Under the pieces are notes generated by a model that saw only the letters and a program-made list of their open reading frames with translations, did no database searches and was not told where the DNA came from. Of a stretch of DNA of 64,000 nt, positions 9,540 through 18,565 are shown one piece after another. Origin of the DNA: a virus. A program made the position numbers and the translations under genes. Positions within the stretch are counted from its first letter, which is position 1, and each line of letters starts with the position of its first letter. Location: positions 4,791 to 68,790 of the IMG/VR virus record IMGVR_UViG_3300005264_000022. The stretch is one strand, 5' to 3'.

Positions 9540-9908
9540 TTAATCCGCAACTATATCTTTATCAATATCAACATCACATTCTGCAATAATATTCATATGC
9601 AAATCAACATCCCATGCAATAGGCTTTACTTCATTCTCAAACTTGTATACTCCATCCTTTAACCATGTAATAGCAAAGTCATAAGTCTTCTTTGGCATAT
9701 ATACTACAGTGGCATTTCTATTCTCTGTATTCTTAACTCCTTCTACTGCGTGTTTAACTGAGGCTTTAATTTCCATATGTCCTTCACCAATCATTTTTCT
9801 CTTCCTTTGTATCTTCTTTTCTTTTTTAATTACTCTTGACTTTTCTCTCTTTTCCTTTTGAACTAATACCTTCTTCTCATTTCTTCTTTTTTTCCTAGCC
9901 GATCCCAT
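9540..9908 (-). CDS. Hypothetical protein with basic N-terminus
   Basis: ORF with AGGAGG RBS. Confidence 0.55.
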   Translation of the reverse strand: MGSARKKRRNEKKVLVQKEKREKSRVIKKEKKIQRKRKMIGEGHMEIKASVKHAVEGVKNTENRNATVVYMPKKTYDFAITWLKDGVYKFENEVKPIAWDVDLHMNIIAECDVDIDKDIVAD

Positions 9909-10178
9909 TTATTTCCTCCTATAATTTATTAAAAGCTACAAATAATAATTCATCAAATTCAAAACCTTTGATTCCATATGTCTTCTTCTATCGCTTTTGT
10001 TGCGGTAATATATTGTTCTATTGTTTCTATTCCACTAGCAATAGTGAAAACACCACTAGCAAACCCAATACTTTCATATTTATCCCCTTTCACCTTCTTT
10101 TTTCTGTCAACCGAATAGAAATACATAACTTCTTTATTACTCATTCAAGCCTCCTTTAAATTGTGTTACAACAAGATC

Positions 10179-10207
10179 ATTATAACACAATCATTTATTA
10201 ATGTCAA
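10179..10207 (-). promoter_or_regulatory. Sigma70 consensus promoter
   Basis: TTGACA-N17-TATAAT. Confidence 0.8.
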
Positions 10208-10603
10208 CTATATTTTTACCACACTCATAGATTCTATGAAACTACTAAACACTCCAGTCTTTTTCCATTTTCCATCTACTAACATATTGCCTTCTTTCTC
10301 ATATGTTGATCCTACTATAACTAGTTCATCTTTCTTTGCAGTCATATCATCTTTCTTAACTTTATAAGTTTTAACATCTCCCGTCTTCAATGAAAATGTC
10401 TTAACTATGTAGGTAGAATATGGTTTTTTACTATCAAGAATATATAACATCTCTTGCTCGGCAGTAGGAAATATTTTACTAGTATGTCCTAGTATTTGTA
10501 ACTCATTTACAGACTTTTGTATTTCAAATAAATCCTCATTTGCTAATTCTATAGTTTTAACCACGTTGTACAGAGTTGATAATATTCCAATCTTTATATG
10601 CAC
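10208..10603 (-). CDS. Probable out-of-frame C-terminal part of DnaE
   Basis: Overlaps the DnaE end by 47 nt with no clear RBS; EDLFEIQKSVNELQILG resembles the DnaE E..LG segment that precedes the OB fold. Confidence 0.55.
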   Translation of the reverse strand: MHIKIGILSTLYNVVKTIELANEDLFEIQKSVNELQILGHTSKIFPTAEQEMLYILDSKKPYSTYIVKTFSLKTGDVKTYKVKKDDMTAKKDELVIVGSTYEKEGNMLVDGKWKKTGVFSSFIESMSVVKI

Positions 10604-13481
10604 TCTTACTACCTAGAGCCATAGTGAGGATGTCAGACACTTCTTGCTCATTAATACCAAAGTCAATTACACCTATTTTATGTAAGAATTTAATATCAGT
10701 AGCAGATAGTTTGATTTTGGTATCTTTGATACAAACAATGAAATCTATAATATTATTTATAGCCATAGTATCCATTTTTTTTAATTCTACTTTTAATTTC
10801 TCATATTTTTCAGTAGCTTTTGCAATACTTTCACTCTTATATGCTATCTTACTTTCTGAGCTTATAGTTAATTGAGCTATGTCTAATAATGCTTTTTGCT
10901 TTCCAAACTCCTTAAAGAAATTTAGTTTAATTAATATTGATACATCAGATGAGGATAATTTAACTTCATTATCTTTCATATAAATCAATAGATCAAAAAA
11001 TGAATTGAATTTTAAACCATCTAATTTATTCAATTCTTGCTCTGCATTTTTAGATAGCCCTTTTGCCCCATATAATCCTTCATAGATAATGGCTTTATCT
11101 TTATCGTATGAATATTCCATAGTAGCTTTCCCAAATACAGGTGGTAGAATTTCTATATTAGTATGTTGTTTGATATAATTAAATATCTCTTTCATTTTAT
11201 CAGTTTTACTTTTAAATTCATTTAGATTTGCAGTGATAAATTCTTTTTCATGATATGTTCTCAGCCATCCACATATGAAACCAGTGATAGAATAGGTTAT
11301 TGCGTGATTGTATGAAAATGAATATCCGCTAGAAAATTCAACTATTTTAACAAAATCGTCTACTATTTCATCACATTTTTCTATAGATACATCATACATT
11401 CTTGGAAAATTATTTCTAAATCCCGTTCTTATTTCTGATGTTATTTTGTCAAATACAGACTTGTCTTGCTTTTTCCCGACGGCTTTCCTAACTACGTCTG
11501 CCATAGCCTCGCTATAGCCACAAAATGTTCTCAAATACAAAATTAAATCTTCTTGATACAAAATATATCCCGAATTGTTTTTAAACAACTCATTTATAGC
11601 AGGATGACCATTGTCATATTTGTTACCATTTAAATACTCCTTTCTTATAGATTCTCCAGAGGGGCGTATAATCCCAGAGGTCATACTCATAATTTGTATA
11701 GGATCAGACCCCTTGATATTATCTAAAGCCATTACTAATTGCTTGTGCGATGTTTCTGCTTCAAATTGGAACATAGATACAGGACTCTTTTTTATATTAT
11801 CCCACACATTCATATCTGTAAAATCACAAGTCTGTGGATTAAGCCTTTCTATTCCTATATATTTAAAGGCTTTATTTATAACACCTATGTTAGCTAATCC
11901 TAGTGCATCCGCCTTTACATATCCTAACGCCTCTAATTCCTTCATATTAAGTTGTGATATAGTTCTGTATCCATCTTTGTGATCTTTGTCTGTTATCGTT
12001 ATTAATCCTATCTCTTTTTCTATATCTAAATCTGATACTAATACACCAGCAGGATGCCTTCCTATTTTAGTTATAGTTCCTATTGTGCTATCAACATCTC
12101 TGAAAAATTCTTTATATTTGTCTTCCTTTCTAAAATTGGTAACATTATTTTTTATTTTGGCAACTTCATTTAGTGGTAATCCAAAAGCTCTACCCATCAT
12201 GTCTATTGAACCCGCCTCTTGTTCTGTTCCGAATGTGATTATTTCAGAACAGTTTAACCCGTCTACTCCATAAAACCAATCTTTAGCCTTATCTCTGTCT
12301 AACGGACTTATGTCCACATCCACATCCGCAAGCGAAATCCGAAATGGATTCATAAATCGGCTAAAATTTGTCTTAAACATCACAGGATCTATTTCTGTTA
12401 TTCCTAACAGGTATGAAACTATACTTCCACTACTCGATCCACGACTGAAACCTACGTCAATACCGTCTTTTTTTAATCCATCAATCCAATCTGAAAACAA
12501 CAACATATAAGACTCTGCTCCCATAACCCTATACACCTCTAGCTCTTGAACCAACCTGTCTGCGTATTCTTTATTTCCCATAAATCCTTTATTTTTAAAT
12601 TCTACCAAACATCTATCTGTCATAAGTTTAATTGGATTATCATATAACTGTGGATACTTAAAACTCATATCTAACTCATATTCTTCCGCCATATCATACA
12701 ATACATTAGTATTAGCTAAAGCAGACTGTGCATCTTTTTCGTTTATTCCTTGTTGAATAAATCCTAATAACATTTCGTCATAGCTCTTCATAGATAAATC
12801 AAAACTATCCTCATCGCCAAAGTCCATCCCTTTCGATTTCTGCATTTTAGTTCTAACTTCACCCATTTCCTTAGTTGTGTAGTGAACATCATTTGATGCT
12901 ATTAAATTATAGCCATGTTGTTTTGATAATTCTATTAATTTCTTATTATATTCAATCTGATCTATATGATTGTGTGGTTGTATCTCCAAGAAGAATCTAT
13001 CTTTATTTTTTAATCCCCACTCTAGTAATTTTTGTGAGACCTCCCCATCCATATCTTTAGCCAATGGTGATGCAAGACAAGCAGTCGCTATTGCAATATT
13101 CTTACAATTCATTAAGTCACCTATCATAACACGAGGTCTACGATAGAATGATCTATCTCTCTTATAAGCATTAGATATAAGTTGATTAACCTCTAACCTA
13201 CCCTCATTATTTAATCCATACACACATAGATGAAATGAATTATCTGCTTCTCTTGAACTTGTTATGTATATCTCAGACGCATGAATATATTTATAACCAT
13301 TCTCTTCGAATGCTTTCTTTTTATTGAACCATCCGCAGTTATTGCCGTGGTTTGTTATTATTAATCCTTTCATGCCTAACTCTTTTGCTCTCTTTATATG
13401 ATCCTTATACCCACTCGGCGAATCTGTTAAAATAGAATTGCTTAACTCATCATGCGTATGGCACGAACACCAATTATTCAA
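10557..13481 (-). CDS. dnaE: DNA polymerase III alpha subunit (C-family)
   Basis: PHP domain (HTH, TNHG, NDVHY), RGSSSGS, ADVDVD, HPAGV, KADALGL, LYQE and YSFSYNHA motifs. Confidence 0.95.
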   Translation of the reverse strand: MNNWCSCHTHDELSNSILTDSPSGYKDHIKRAKELGMKGLIITNHGNNCGWFNKKKAFEENGYKYIHASEIYITSSREADNSFHLCVYGLNNEGRLEVNQLISNAYKRDRSFYRRPRVMIGDLMNCKNIAIATACLASPLAKDMDGEVSQKLLEWGLKNKDRFFLEIQPHNHIDQIEYNKKLIELSKQHGYNLIASNDVHYTTKEMGEVRTKMQKSKGMDFGDEDSFDLSMKSYDEMLLGFIQQGINEKDAQSALANTNVLYDMAEEYELDMSFKYPQLYDNPIKLMTDRCLVEFKNKGFMGNKEYADRLVQELEVYRVMGAESYMLLFSDWIDGLKKDGIDVGFSRGSSSGSIVSYLLGITEIDPVMFKTNFSRFMNPFRISLADVDVDISPLDRDKAKDWFYGVDGLNCSEIITFGTEQEAGSIDMMGRAFGLPLNEVAKIKNNVTNFRKEDKYKEFFRDVDSTIGTITKIGRHPAGVLVSDLDIEKEIGLITITDKDHKDGYRTISQLNMKELEALGYVKADALGLANIGVINKAFKYIGIERLNPQTCDFTDMNVWDNIKKSPVSMFQFEAETSHKQLVMALDNIKGSDPIQIMSMTSGIIRPSGESIRKEYLNGNKYDNGHPAINELFKNNSGYILYQEDLILYLRTFCGYSEAMADVVRKAVGKKQDKSVFDKITSEIRTGFRNNFPRMYDVSIEKCDEIVDDFVKIVEFSSGYSFSYNHAITYSITGFICGWLRTYHEKEFITANLNEFKSKTDKMKEIFNYIKQHTNIEILPPVFGKATMEYSYDKDKAIIYEGLYGAKGLSKNAEQELNKLDGLKFNSFFDLLIYMKDNEVKLSSSDVSILIKLNFFKEFGKQKALLDIAQLTISSESKIAYKSESIAKATEKYEKLKVELKKMDTMAINNIIDFIVCIKDTKIKLSATDIKFLHKIGVIDFGINEQEVSDILTMALGSKSAYKDWNIINSVQRG

Positions 13482-13522
13482 TATATTTACCTCCCTCTTT
13501 TCATGTTAAGTCTATTATACCA

Positions 13523-13555
13523 TAAAAGGGTTGGATGAACAACCCTAATATATTA
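13523..13555. repeat. Direct repeat copy 1, containing a - strand terminator hairpin
   Basis: TAAAAGGGTT-N7-CAACCCTAATATATTA. Confidence 0.75.
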
Positions 13556-14018
13556 AAATGAAATCTCCTTTTATCTGAATACCTCTATTGGTATCTATAT
13601 ACTTAACATACTCTTTTGCTTTCAAATTTCTTTGATATGTATTAATTTTAGTTATTCTGCCTACTCCACTCTTATCACCACTATATATTTTTATTATAAC
13701 TTTACAATCAAACCTAAGTAGATTATTAATTACATCAATCATAATACTATCATCTTTTATAACATTTAGAACATTATTACATAGTATAGTGTCATATTTT
13801 TTATCCAAGATTTTATTATATTTGTCATTGAATTTATCATATAATTCTATGTTTATTTTATTTTCTTTGCAAAATTTTATAATATTTTCCGTATATTTTC
13901 CACATCCATAATCTAATACATTTTTATCAACTAATTCATTTTTAAATCTTTTGTATGTACTAGCTAAACTGTTAATGCTAGTTTTAGCACTATTCTCTTC
14001 TTTGAAAACTGGCTTAAT
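13545..14018 (-). CDS. Class I SAM-dependent methyltransferase (probable ATT start)
   Basis: The frame is open upstream of the track ORF and contains VLDYGCGKY, with YDTILCNNVLNVI downstream; AGGAGG precedes ATT at 14018. Confidence 0.75.
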   Translation of the reverse strand: MKPVFKEENSAKTSINSLASTYKRFKNELVDKNVLDYGCGKYTENIIKFCKENKINIELYDKFNDKYNKILDKKYDTILCNNVLNVIKDDSIMIDVINNLLRFDCKVIIKIYSGDKSGVGRITKINTYQRNLKAKEYVKYIDTNRGIQIKGDFILIY

Positions 14019-14035
14019 ATTAATCTCCTCCTAAT

Positions 14036-14069
14036 TAAAAGGGTTACACTCGGCAACCCTAATATATTA
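14036..14069. repeat. Direct repeat copy 2, containing a - strand terminator hairpin
   Basis: TAAAAGGGTT-N8-CAACCCTAATATATTA. Confidence 0.75.
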
Positions 14070-14073
14070 TTAT

Positions 14074-14711
14074 TTATTTACCACTAGCACCTAACTTGCC
14101 TTCTATTTGGTTGTGTATCCTAGTATGATTTGAATGTGATAATACCACTAAATTATCTATGTTATTATTTTGCTTATCTAAATCTATATGGTGTACCGCA
14201 TAATCCATACTTAAAAATTCTTTATCATTAATTACTATTTTATTTACACTATTCAGTAGATGCCTTTCTGCTACTAATCTGTGCTTATAATACCTACCAT
14301 CCTTATCTTGAAATGGATGATCTCCACAATATATTTTCATATACCCACTACTAGACACCGTTTCCCATCTTTGAATGATGCGTTTAATTTACCTTTTAGT
14401 CCATATTGATGATTATTTTTTCCGCTAAAGGATGTTGACATATATTTATTACTACATTCTCTTCCGCAACAGCTTGTTTTGCTCTTTTTTAATTGGCTTT
14501 TCTTTTTATAAAACTCTATACCACAAATAGGACATTTGCAATTTGGTTCGTTATTCCATTTTTTATACAAGTCTGTACACTTACTGGAACAAAAATTTCC
14601 TAATTTATATTTTTTATGCTTTATAAATTCTTTGCCACATTGTTTACATTTTGTTTTATCTACCCGTACTTCCAACTCCACCCTCCCTTTTTTTGGTAAC
14701 ATTGCACCCAT
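14074..14711 (-). pseudogene. HNH homing endonuclease with Zn-ribbon repeats, split by a frameshift near 14358
   Basis: 14337-14711 has CxxC repeats and NASFKDG; 14074-14358 has GYM..Y..HP..HRLVAE..VHHIDLDKQNN..NL..H..H. Confidence 0.7.
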
Positions 14712-15117
14712 CTGCTACTAAATATTTCTCAAATATACCTTGGCATACTCTTTCGCCAACATTTAACCACACATCATCTTCACCATAATTATGCAATGCT
14801 ATTCCTATATTTCCATCATTTTTAGGATTAGAATAATAATCAGAATCAATTATTCCTGTCCCATTAGATATTCTTACTTTTCTTTTAATACCTATTGAAC
14901 TTCTAATATGCAACTTTAACACTTCGTCATCTTGCATATAAGCTTTTACATCACTCATAGTCATAACAGTTTCATTAGGCTTTATTCTTATATCCTCTTT
15001 TATTCTAAAATCATAACCTGCACTTTTTGAACTACCCCTAGTTGGTAATATTGTTATACTCGTATGTTTTCCGCACTTTCCATCAACTTCTCTAAATCCT
15101 CTAATTTTTACATTCAA
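14656..15117 (-). CDS. dut: Trimeric dUTPase
   Basis: AGYD, RSS, GIIDSDY, GERVCQ and REGGVGSTG motifs. Confidence 0.95.
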   Translation of the reverse strand: MNVKIRGFREVDGKCGKHTSITILPTRGSSKSAGYDFRIKEDIRIKPNETVMTMSDVKAYMQDDEVLKLHIRSSIGIKRKVRISNGTGIIDSDYYSNPKNDGNIGIALHNYGEDDVWLNVGERVCQGIFEKYLVADGCNVTKKREGGVGSTGR

Positions 15118-15246
15118 TTTTCTTTTCCTCCTCTAATTCTATACACTCATATTCAGTACCACAATATACACATTTATATTTATTAATATCTATTCCAACT
15201 TTTAATTTATTCTTACAGTTAATGCAAGTTATTATTTCATAATTCA

Positions 15247-15576
15247 TTACATATAATCCTTCATCACAACAAACATCTTAGGCATCTGAACCGCTATCCA
15301 ATCCACTAGAGATTCATCGTGACACCACTCTACACCTGCAACCCCCGACTCGTCCATGAACGCATGAATTAACTCATGTCTTATTGTTTTATTATTAAAT
15401 TTAGATAAGTCCTCCTTGCATCTTAGGGTTCTATTCATTAAATCACTTCTTACAACTACCTTATTTACCGAACTATCGCAATAAGCATTTAATTCATCTA
15501 AATTTTCATCTTCTTCTATACTTTTAAACAATACATCATACTCACTACCTAAAATATTAACTTTAAAATCTTCCAT
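15247..15576 (-). CDS. Small zincin-like phage protein
   Basis: HELIH...E.LVDWIA.Q motif. Confidence 0.7.
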   Translation of the reverse strand: MEDFKVNILGSEYDVLFKSIEEDENLDELNAYCDSSVNKVVVRSDLMNRTLRCKEDLSKFNNKTIRHELIHAFMDESGVAGVEWCHDESLVDWIAVQMPKMFVVMKDYM

Positions 15577-15762
15577 TTATACCTCCAAATAACTATATTT
15601 ATCAATCAACTCTAATATTTCTTCGCAACTTTTTCTACCTAAATTCTTTATTAATAATAAATCTTCTTTTTTTAATTTAATCATTTAATCTACAGTATCA
15701 ATTCCAACCTCTTTAAGACAATTAAATGATCTAACTGTCATACCAGTATATTCTAATTCCAT
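15577..15762 (-). pseudogene. Stand-alone RNA polymerase alpha C-terminal domain homologue with an in-frame TAA
   Basis: Manual translation MELEYTGMTVRSFNCLKEVGIDTVD*MIKLKKEDLLLIKNLGRKSCEEILELIDKYSYLEV; GGAGG RBS; stop at 15685-15687. Confidence 0.85.
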
Positions 15763-15773
15763 TTACACCTCCA

Positions 15774-16388
15774 TTATCTAATACAAAATTCTTTAAAGTG
15801 TGGTAAAGTTTCACACCAATCACAAAAATTTCCCCAATCCTCTTTTAATTTATGCGTCTTTCTTTGTTGATATATCGTTTTTAATTGTAAATAATTAGAC
15901 GTAACTCTCATAGACTGCTCTAACCCCATTGGTGTATTTGATATAATTTTCATATACACTTCATATTTGGACATAACACAATCTACAATCTCATCATACC
16001 TATTATAAATATCTATCCATTTATTTAAATTTTCAATCACAATATCATCTACGTATCCATTACAACTCTTCTTTATATCCATTTTGGTTAGCCTGTGCAT
16101 TTTACTTGTGCTAGACACTATATCATGAAATGAGTATCTTTGGAATTGTGGTGTCCAATAATTAGGATACTTTACATCAAATTGCACTATAACTCCCTTC
16201 AAAAAATTGTCATGCCCTGTGCCAGTTTTTACATTACCCAACTTAATTGCTCTTTTTATATCAGTATCTTCTACCATGTCAACCGCATCATCATCCCATT
16301 CACCAATATCATTCGATCTCATTGGATAACCACTAGCTATTACACTCTCTTCTAATCCGTAAATCCTCGTGTTGCATATCTCTAGCAT
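15774..16388 (-). CDS. Divergent ThyX-like (flavin-dependent thymidylate synthase family) protein
   Basis: GHDNFLKG..VQFD...QFQRY...STSKMH, NYLQLKTIYQQRKTHKL.EDW..FC; located in the nucleotide-metabolism cluster. Confidence 0.6.
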   Translation of the reverse strand: MLEICNTRIYGLEESVIASGYPMRSNDIGEWDDDAVDMVEDTDIKRAIKLGNVKTGTGHDNFLKGVIVQFDVKYPNYWTPQFQRYSFHDIVSSTSKMHRLTKMDIKKSCNGYVDDIVIENLNKWIDIYNRYDEIVDCVMSKYEVYMKIISNTPMGLEQSMRVTSNYLQLKTIYQQRKTHKLKEDWGNFCDWCETLPHFKEFCIR

Positions 16389-16424
16389 TTTTTCTCATCT
16401 CCTCTATTTATTTAATGCACAATC

Positions 16425-16453
16425 ATTATATCAAACATATAAAACATTGTCAA
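16425..16453 (-). promoter_or_regulatory. Sigma70 consensus promoter
   Basis: TTGACA-N17-TATAAT. Confidence 0.8.
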
Positions 16454-17202
16454 TTAAATTTTACTTTTTCTTTTAATATATGAAGCCCAATCATGATTGC
16501 CTCACTTTCGTCCTCATTTTTTTCCATGCCCATTACATCTCTAACATATTTGATGGCTTTAGCTTTTGCATCTTCTCTATTATTTTTGCCCTTAAAAAAT
16601 GATGCTCTCCATACATTAGGCAATACTAATTCAAACTTATAACCTTCGCATATCAACCTGTCAATTATAGCCCCCTGTAGCTCTGCGAGAGCCTTGAATG
16701 ATGTTACCCCTGTATTTCCATGAGAAGATAGAAATATATCCTCTATCACCACTATATCAACCTTGTGTTGCTTTATACGGAACATCACCTCATTTATCAT
16801 CTTGTGGATTCTAATAGATTTATTCTTATCTGATTTAGATATTATCCCCGACTCGATATAATTAACACCTAACGAAAAACTATACCCCGTCACTTTGGTT
16901 GCCAAATCTAATGCAAATATTCCATAATCATCACCAACAACAATTTTACTTTTATTTAGCAATGGGGTTTTGACTTTAGCTTTTGACTTTGGTTTTGCTT
17001 TTGACTTTGGTTTTTGAAAAGAGAAAGTTACAGCTCCATTTTTAATTTGATTGTAGTCTACAATCTTCACCTTTCCGTTTATAACAAACCTAATTCTATA
17101 CTTATGTTTAGATGATTTTAGACCTAAATATTCCTCCACTACGAAAATTTCATTACCTTTTGCTTTATGTACAGTTTTAACGAACCCTTTATAATTAATC
17201 AA
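16450..17202 (-). CDS. RuvC-like Holliday junction resolvase with extra N-terminal domain
   Basis: ALDLATKVTG, VVIED and NEDESEA motifs; KPKSKA repeat linker. Confidence 0.85.
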   Translation of the reverse strand: MINYKGFVKTVHKAKGNEIFVVEEYLGLKSSKHKYRIRFVINGKVKIVDYNQIKNGAVTFSFQKPKSKAKPKSKAKVKTPLLNKSKIVVGDDYGIFALDLATKVTGYSFSLGVNYIESGIISKSDKNKSIRIHKMINEVMFRIKQHKVDIVVIEDIFLSSHGNTGVTSFKALAELQGAIIDRLICEGYKFELVLPNVWRASFFKGKNNREDAKAKAIKYVRDVMGMEKNEDESEAIMIGLHILKEKVKFN

Positions 17203-17897
17203 TCAACATCACCCCAAACCACTGTCATCATCTTAGAGTATATATCTCTCAAACAAGCAACTGCTTTGCCTTCATATATCCTACTACCTCTTAGATATTT
17301 TTCATCTATATTATATTCTTTTATCCTCTTACATCCCGACTTGAAATATAACAATAAATTCATCTGATCTTCCTCAATACCACACCACTCCATAAAGTTG
17401 TCACACTCATTAGTAGCTCTGTATTTTCTATCAGTTTTCAATATCAATGTTACCAACTCTCTTTTATACCAAGATAGCTTAGGTCTTCCATGTGAATTAG
17501 CTTGATGATTAACGTTCAGCTTGTTCAGTCTAACAACCCTTCCTAGAAAGAATGTAGCTAATCTCTTTTGGAAATCTGTATAATGCAATTCATTCATTTT
17601 TATCAATTCTAATTCTGTATAGTAATCATCAATTCTAGCTATTCCACTATTGTTATTCTTATACTTTCTATATACATTTCTAAATCTATTTAGTATTGCA
17701 ATCTTTGCTCCATTTTCATTCTGTAATTTTTCTAGTCTTCTGCAATCATCTACTATGAAATATACATAACAATCAGATATTATATCCTCTTTGCTCATTC
17801 CAACTTTCATATTAGATAAGTCTTTAACAAAATTGTTTATATAAGGCTCTTTGCATCTGCTAATTAATATATTCCAAAATTCCTCTTTGTCTATCAT
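17199..17897 (-). CDS. Putative phage ECF-like sigma factor
   Basis: EDIISDCYVYF...IAILNRFRNVYRKYK resembles sigma region 2; region 4 is not clearly recognisable. Confidence 0.55.
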   Translation of the reverse strand: MIDKEEFWNILISRCKEPYINNFVKDLSNMKVGMSKEDIISDCYVYFIVDDCRRLEKLQNENGAKIAILNRFRNVYRKYKNNNSGIARIDDYYTELELIKMNELHYTDFQKRLATFFLGRVVRLNKLNVNHQANSHGRPKLSWYKRELVTLILKTDRKYRATNECDNFMEWCGIEEDQMNLLLYFKSGCKRIKEYNIDEKYLRGSRIYEGKAVACLRDIYSKMMTVVWGDVD

Positions 17898-17925
17898 CGT
17901 CTCCTCCCTAATAAAAAGGAGAAGA

Positions 17926-18234
17926 TTATTCTCCTCCTAAAACCTTTTTAACTTTTATTACATGACTTCTTTTACTATTCAATTCAGATTTTCTATCATT
18001 CCATTTAACTTTATCTTCATCTATTTTATTCTCTAACTCAATTATCTTCTCAATTCTCTTTCTTGCAGACTCATCATGTTTAACTTCTTCTCTCTCTATT
18101 GCTTTGACTAACTTTAAATTCATCTGTTCAAATTTCTTTTCTAATTTCAATATTCCGTTAGCTAAAAATCCTAACTGTAAATCTTCCATCCATAGCAGTA
18201 TCTTATTCATAAACCACACCATCTTTTGTGTCAT
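17926..18234 (-). CDS. Coiled-coil hypothetical protein
   Basis: ORF track. Confidence 0.55.
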   Translation of the reverse strand: MTQKMVWFMNKILLWMEDLQLGFLANGILKLEKKFEQMNLKLVKAIEREEVKHDESARKRIEKIIELENKIDEDKVKWNDRKSELNSKRSHVIKVKKVLGGE

Positions 18235-18505
18235 AAATATTTTCTTGATCTAATATATCATATTTTGGATTATTGTGATACATTTCCATTAGAATTATTT
18301 CCATAGATCTTACTAAGGTGCAATTAGCTTTTTCTTTTATCATTCCGATGTCACATTTACCATTTCCAAATCTTTTTACTAGCTCTTCCATATCACCATC
18401 CAAACAAATTTCTAAGTCTTCCATTAGATCTAAATCCATCTTTATGTCATTGTACTCTAATGTACTTTTTAATCTTCCTTTTCTAATCATCTTTGATAAT
18501 TCCAT
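18203..18505 (-). CDS. Hypothetical protein
   Basis: ORF with RBS. Confidence 0.55.
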   Translation of the reverse strand: MELSKMIRKGRLKSTLEYNDIKMDLDLMEDLEICLDGDMEELVKRFGNGKCDIGMIKEKANCTLVRSMEIILMEMYHNNPKYDILDQENIYDTKDGVVYE

Positions 18506-18565
18506 CCTTCTCTCCTATTTTAATTTATTGTGGTGGGAATTTCACCCACCTAATTTATTTACAGG

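Noticed and set aside
15685-15687. Stop-codon reassignment as the cause of the in-frame TAA
   Set aside because: TAA, TAG and TGA all terminate genes normally here, and no suppressor tRNA was found.
16971-17014. Tandem repeat in the ruvC-like gene
   Set aside because: Encodes a KPKSKA low-complexity linker; no sign of an independent function.
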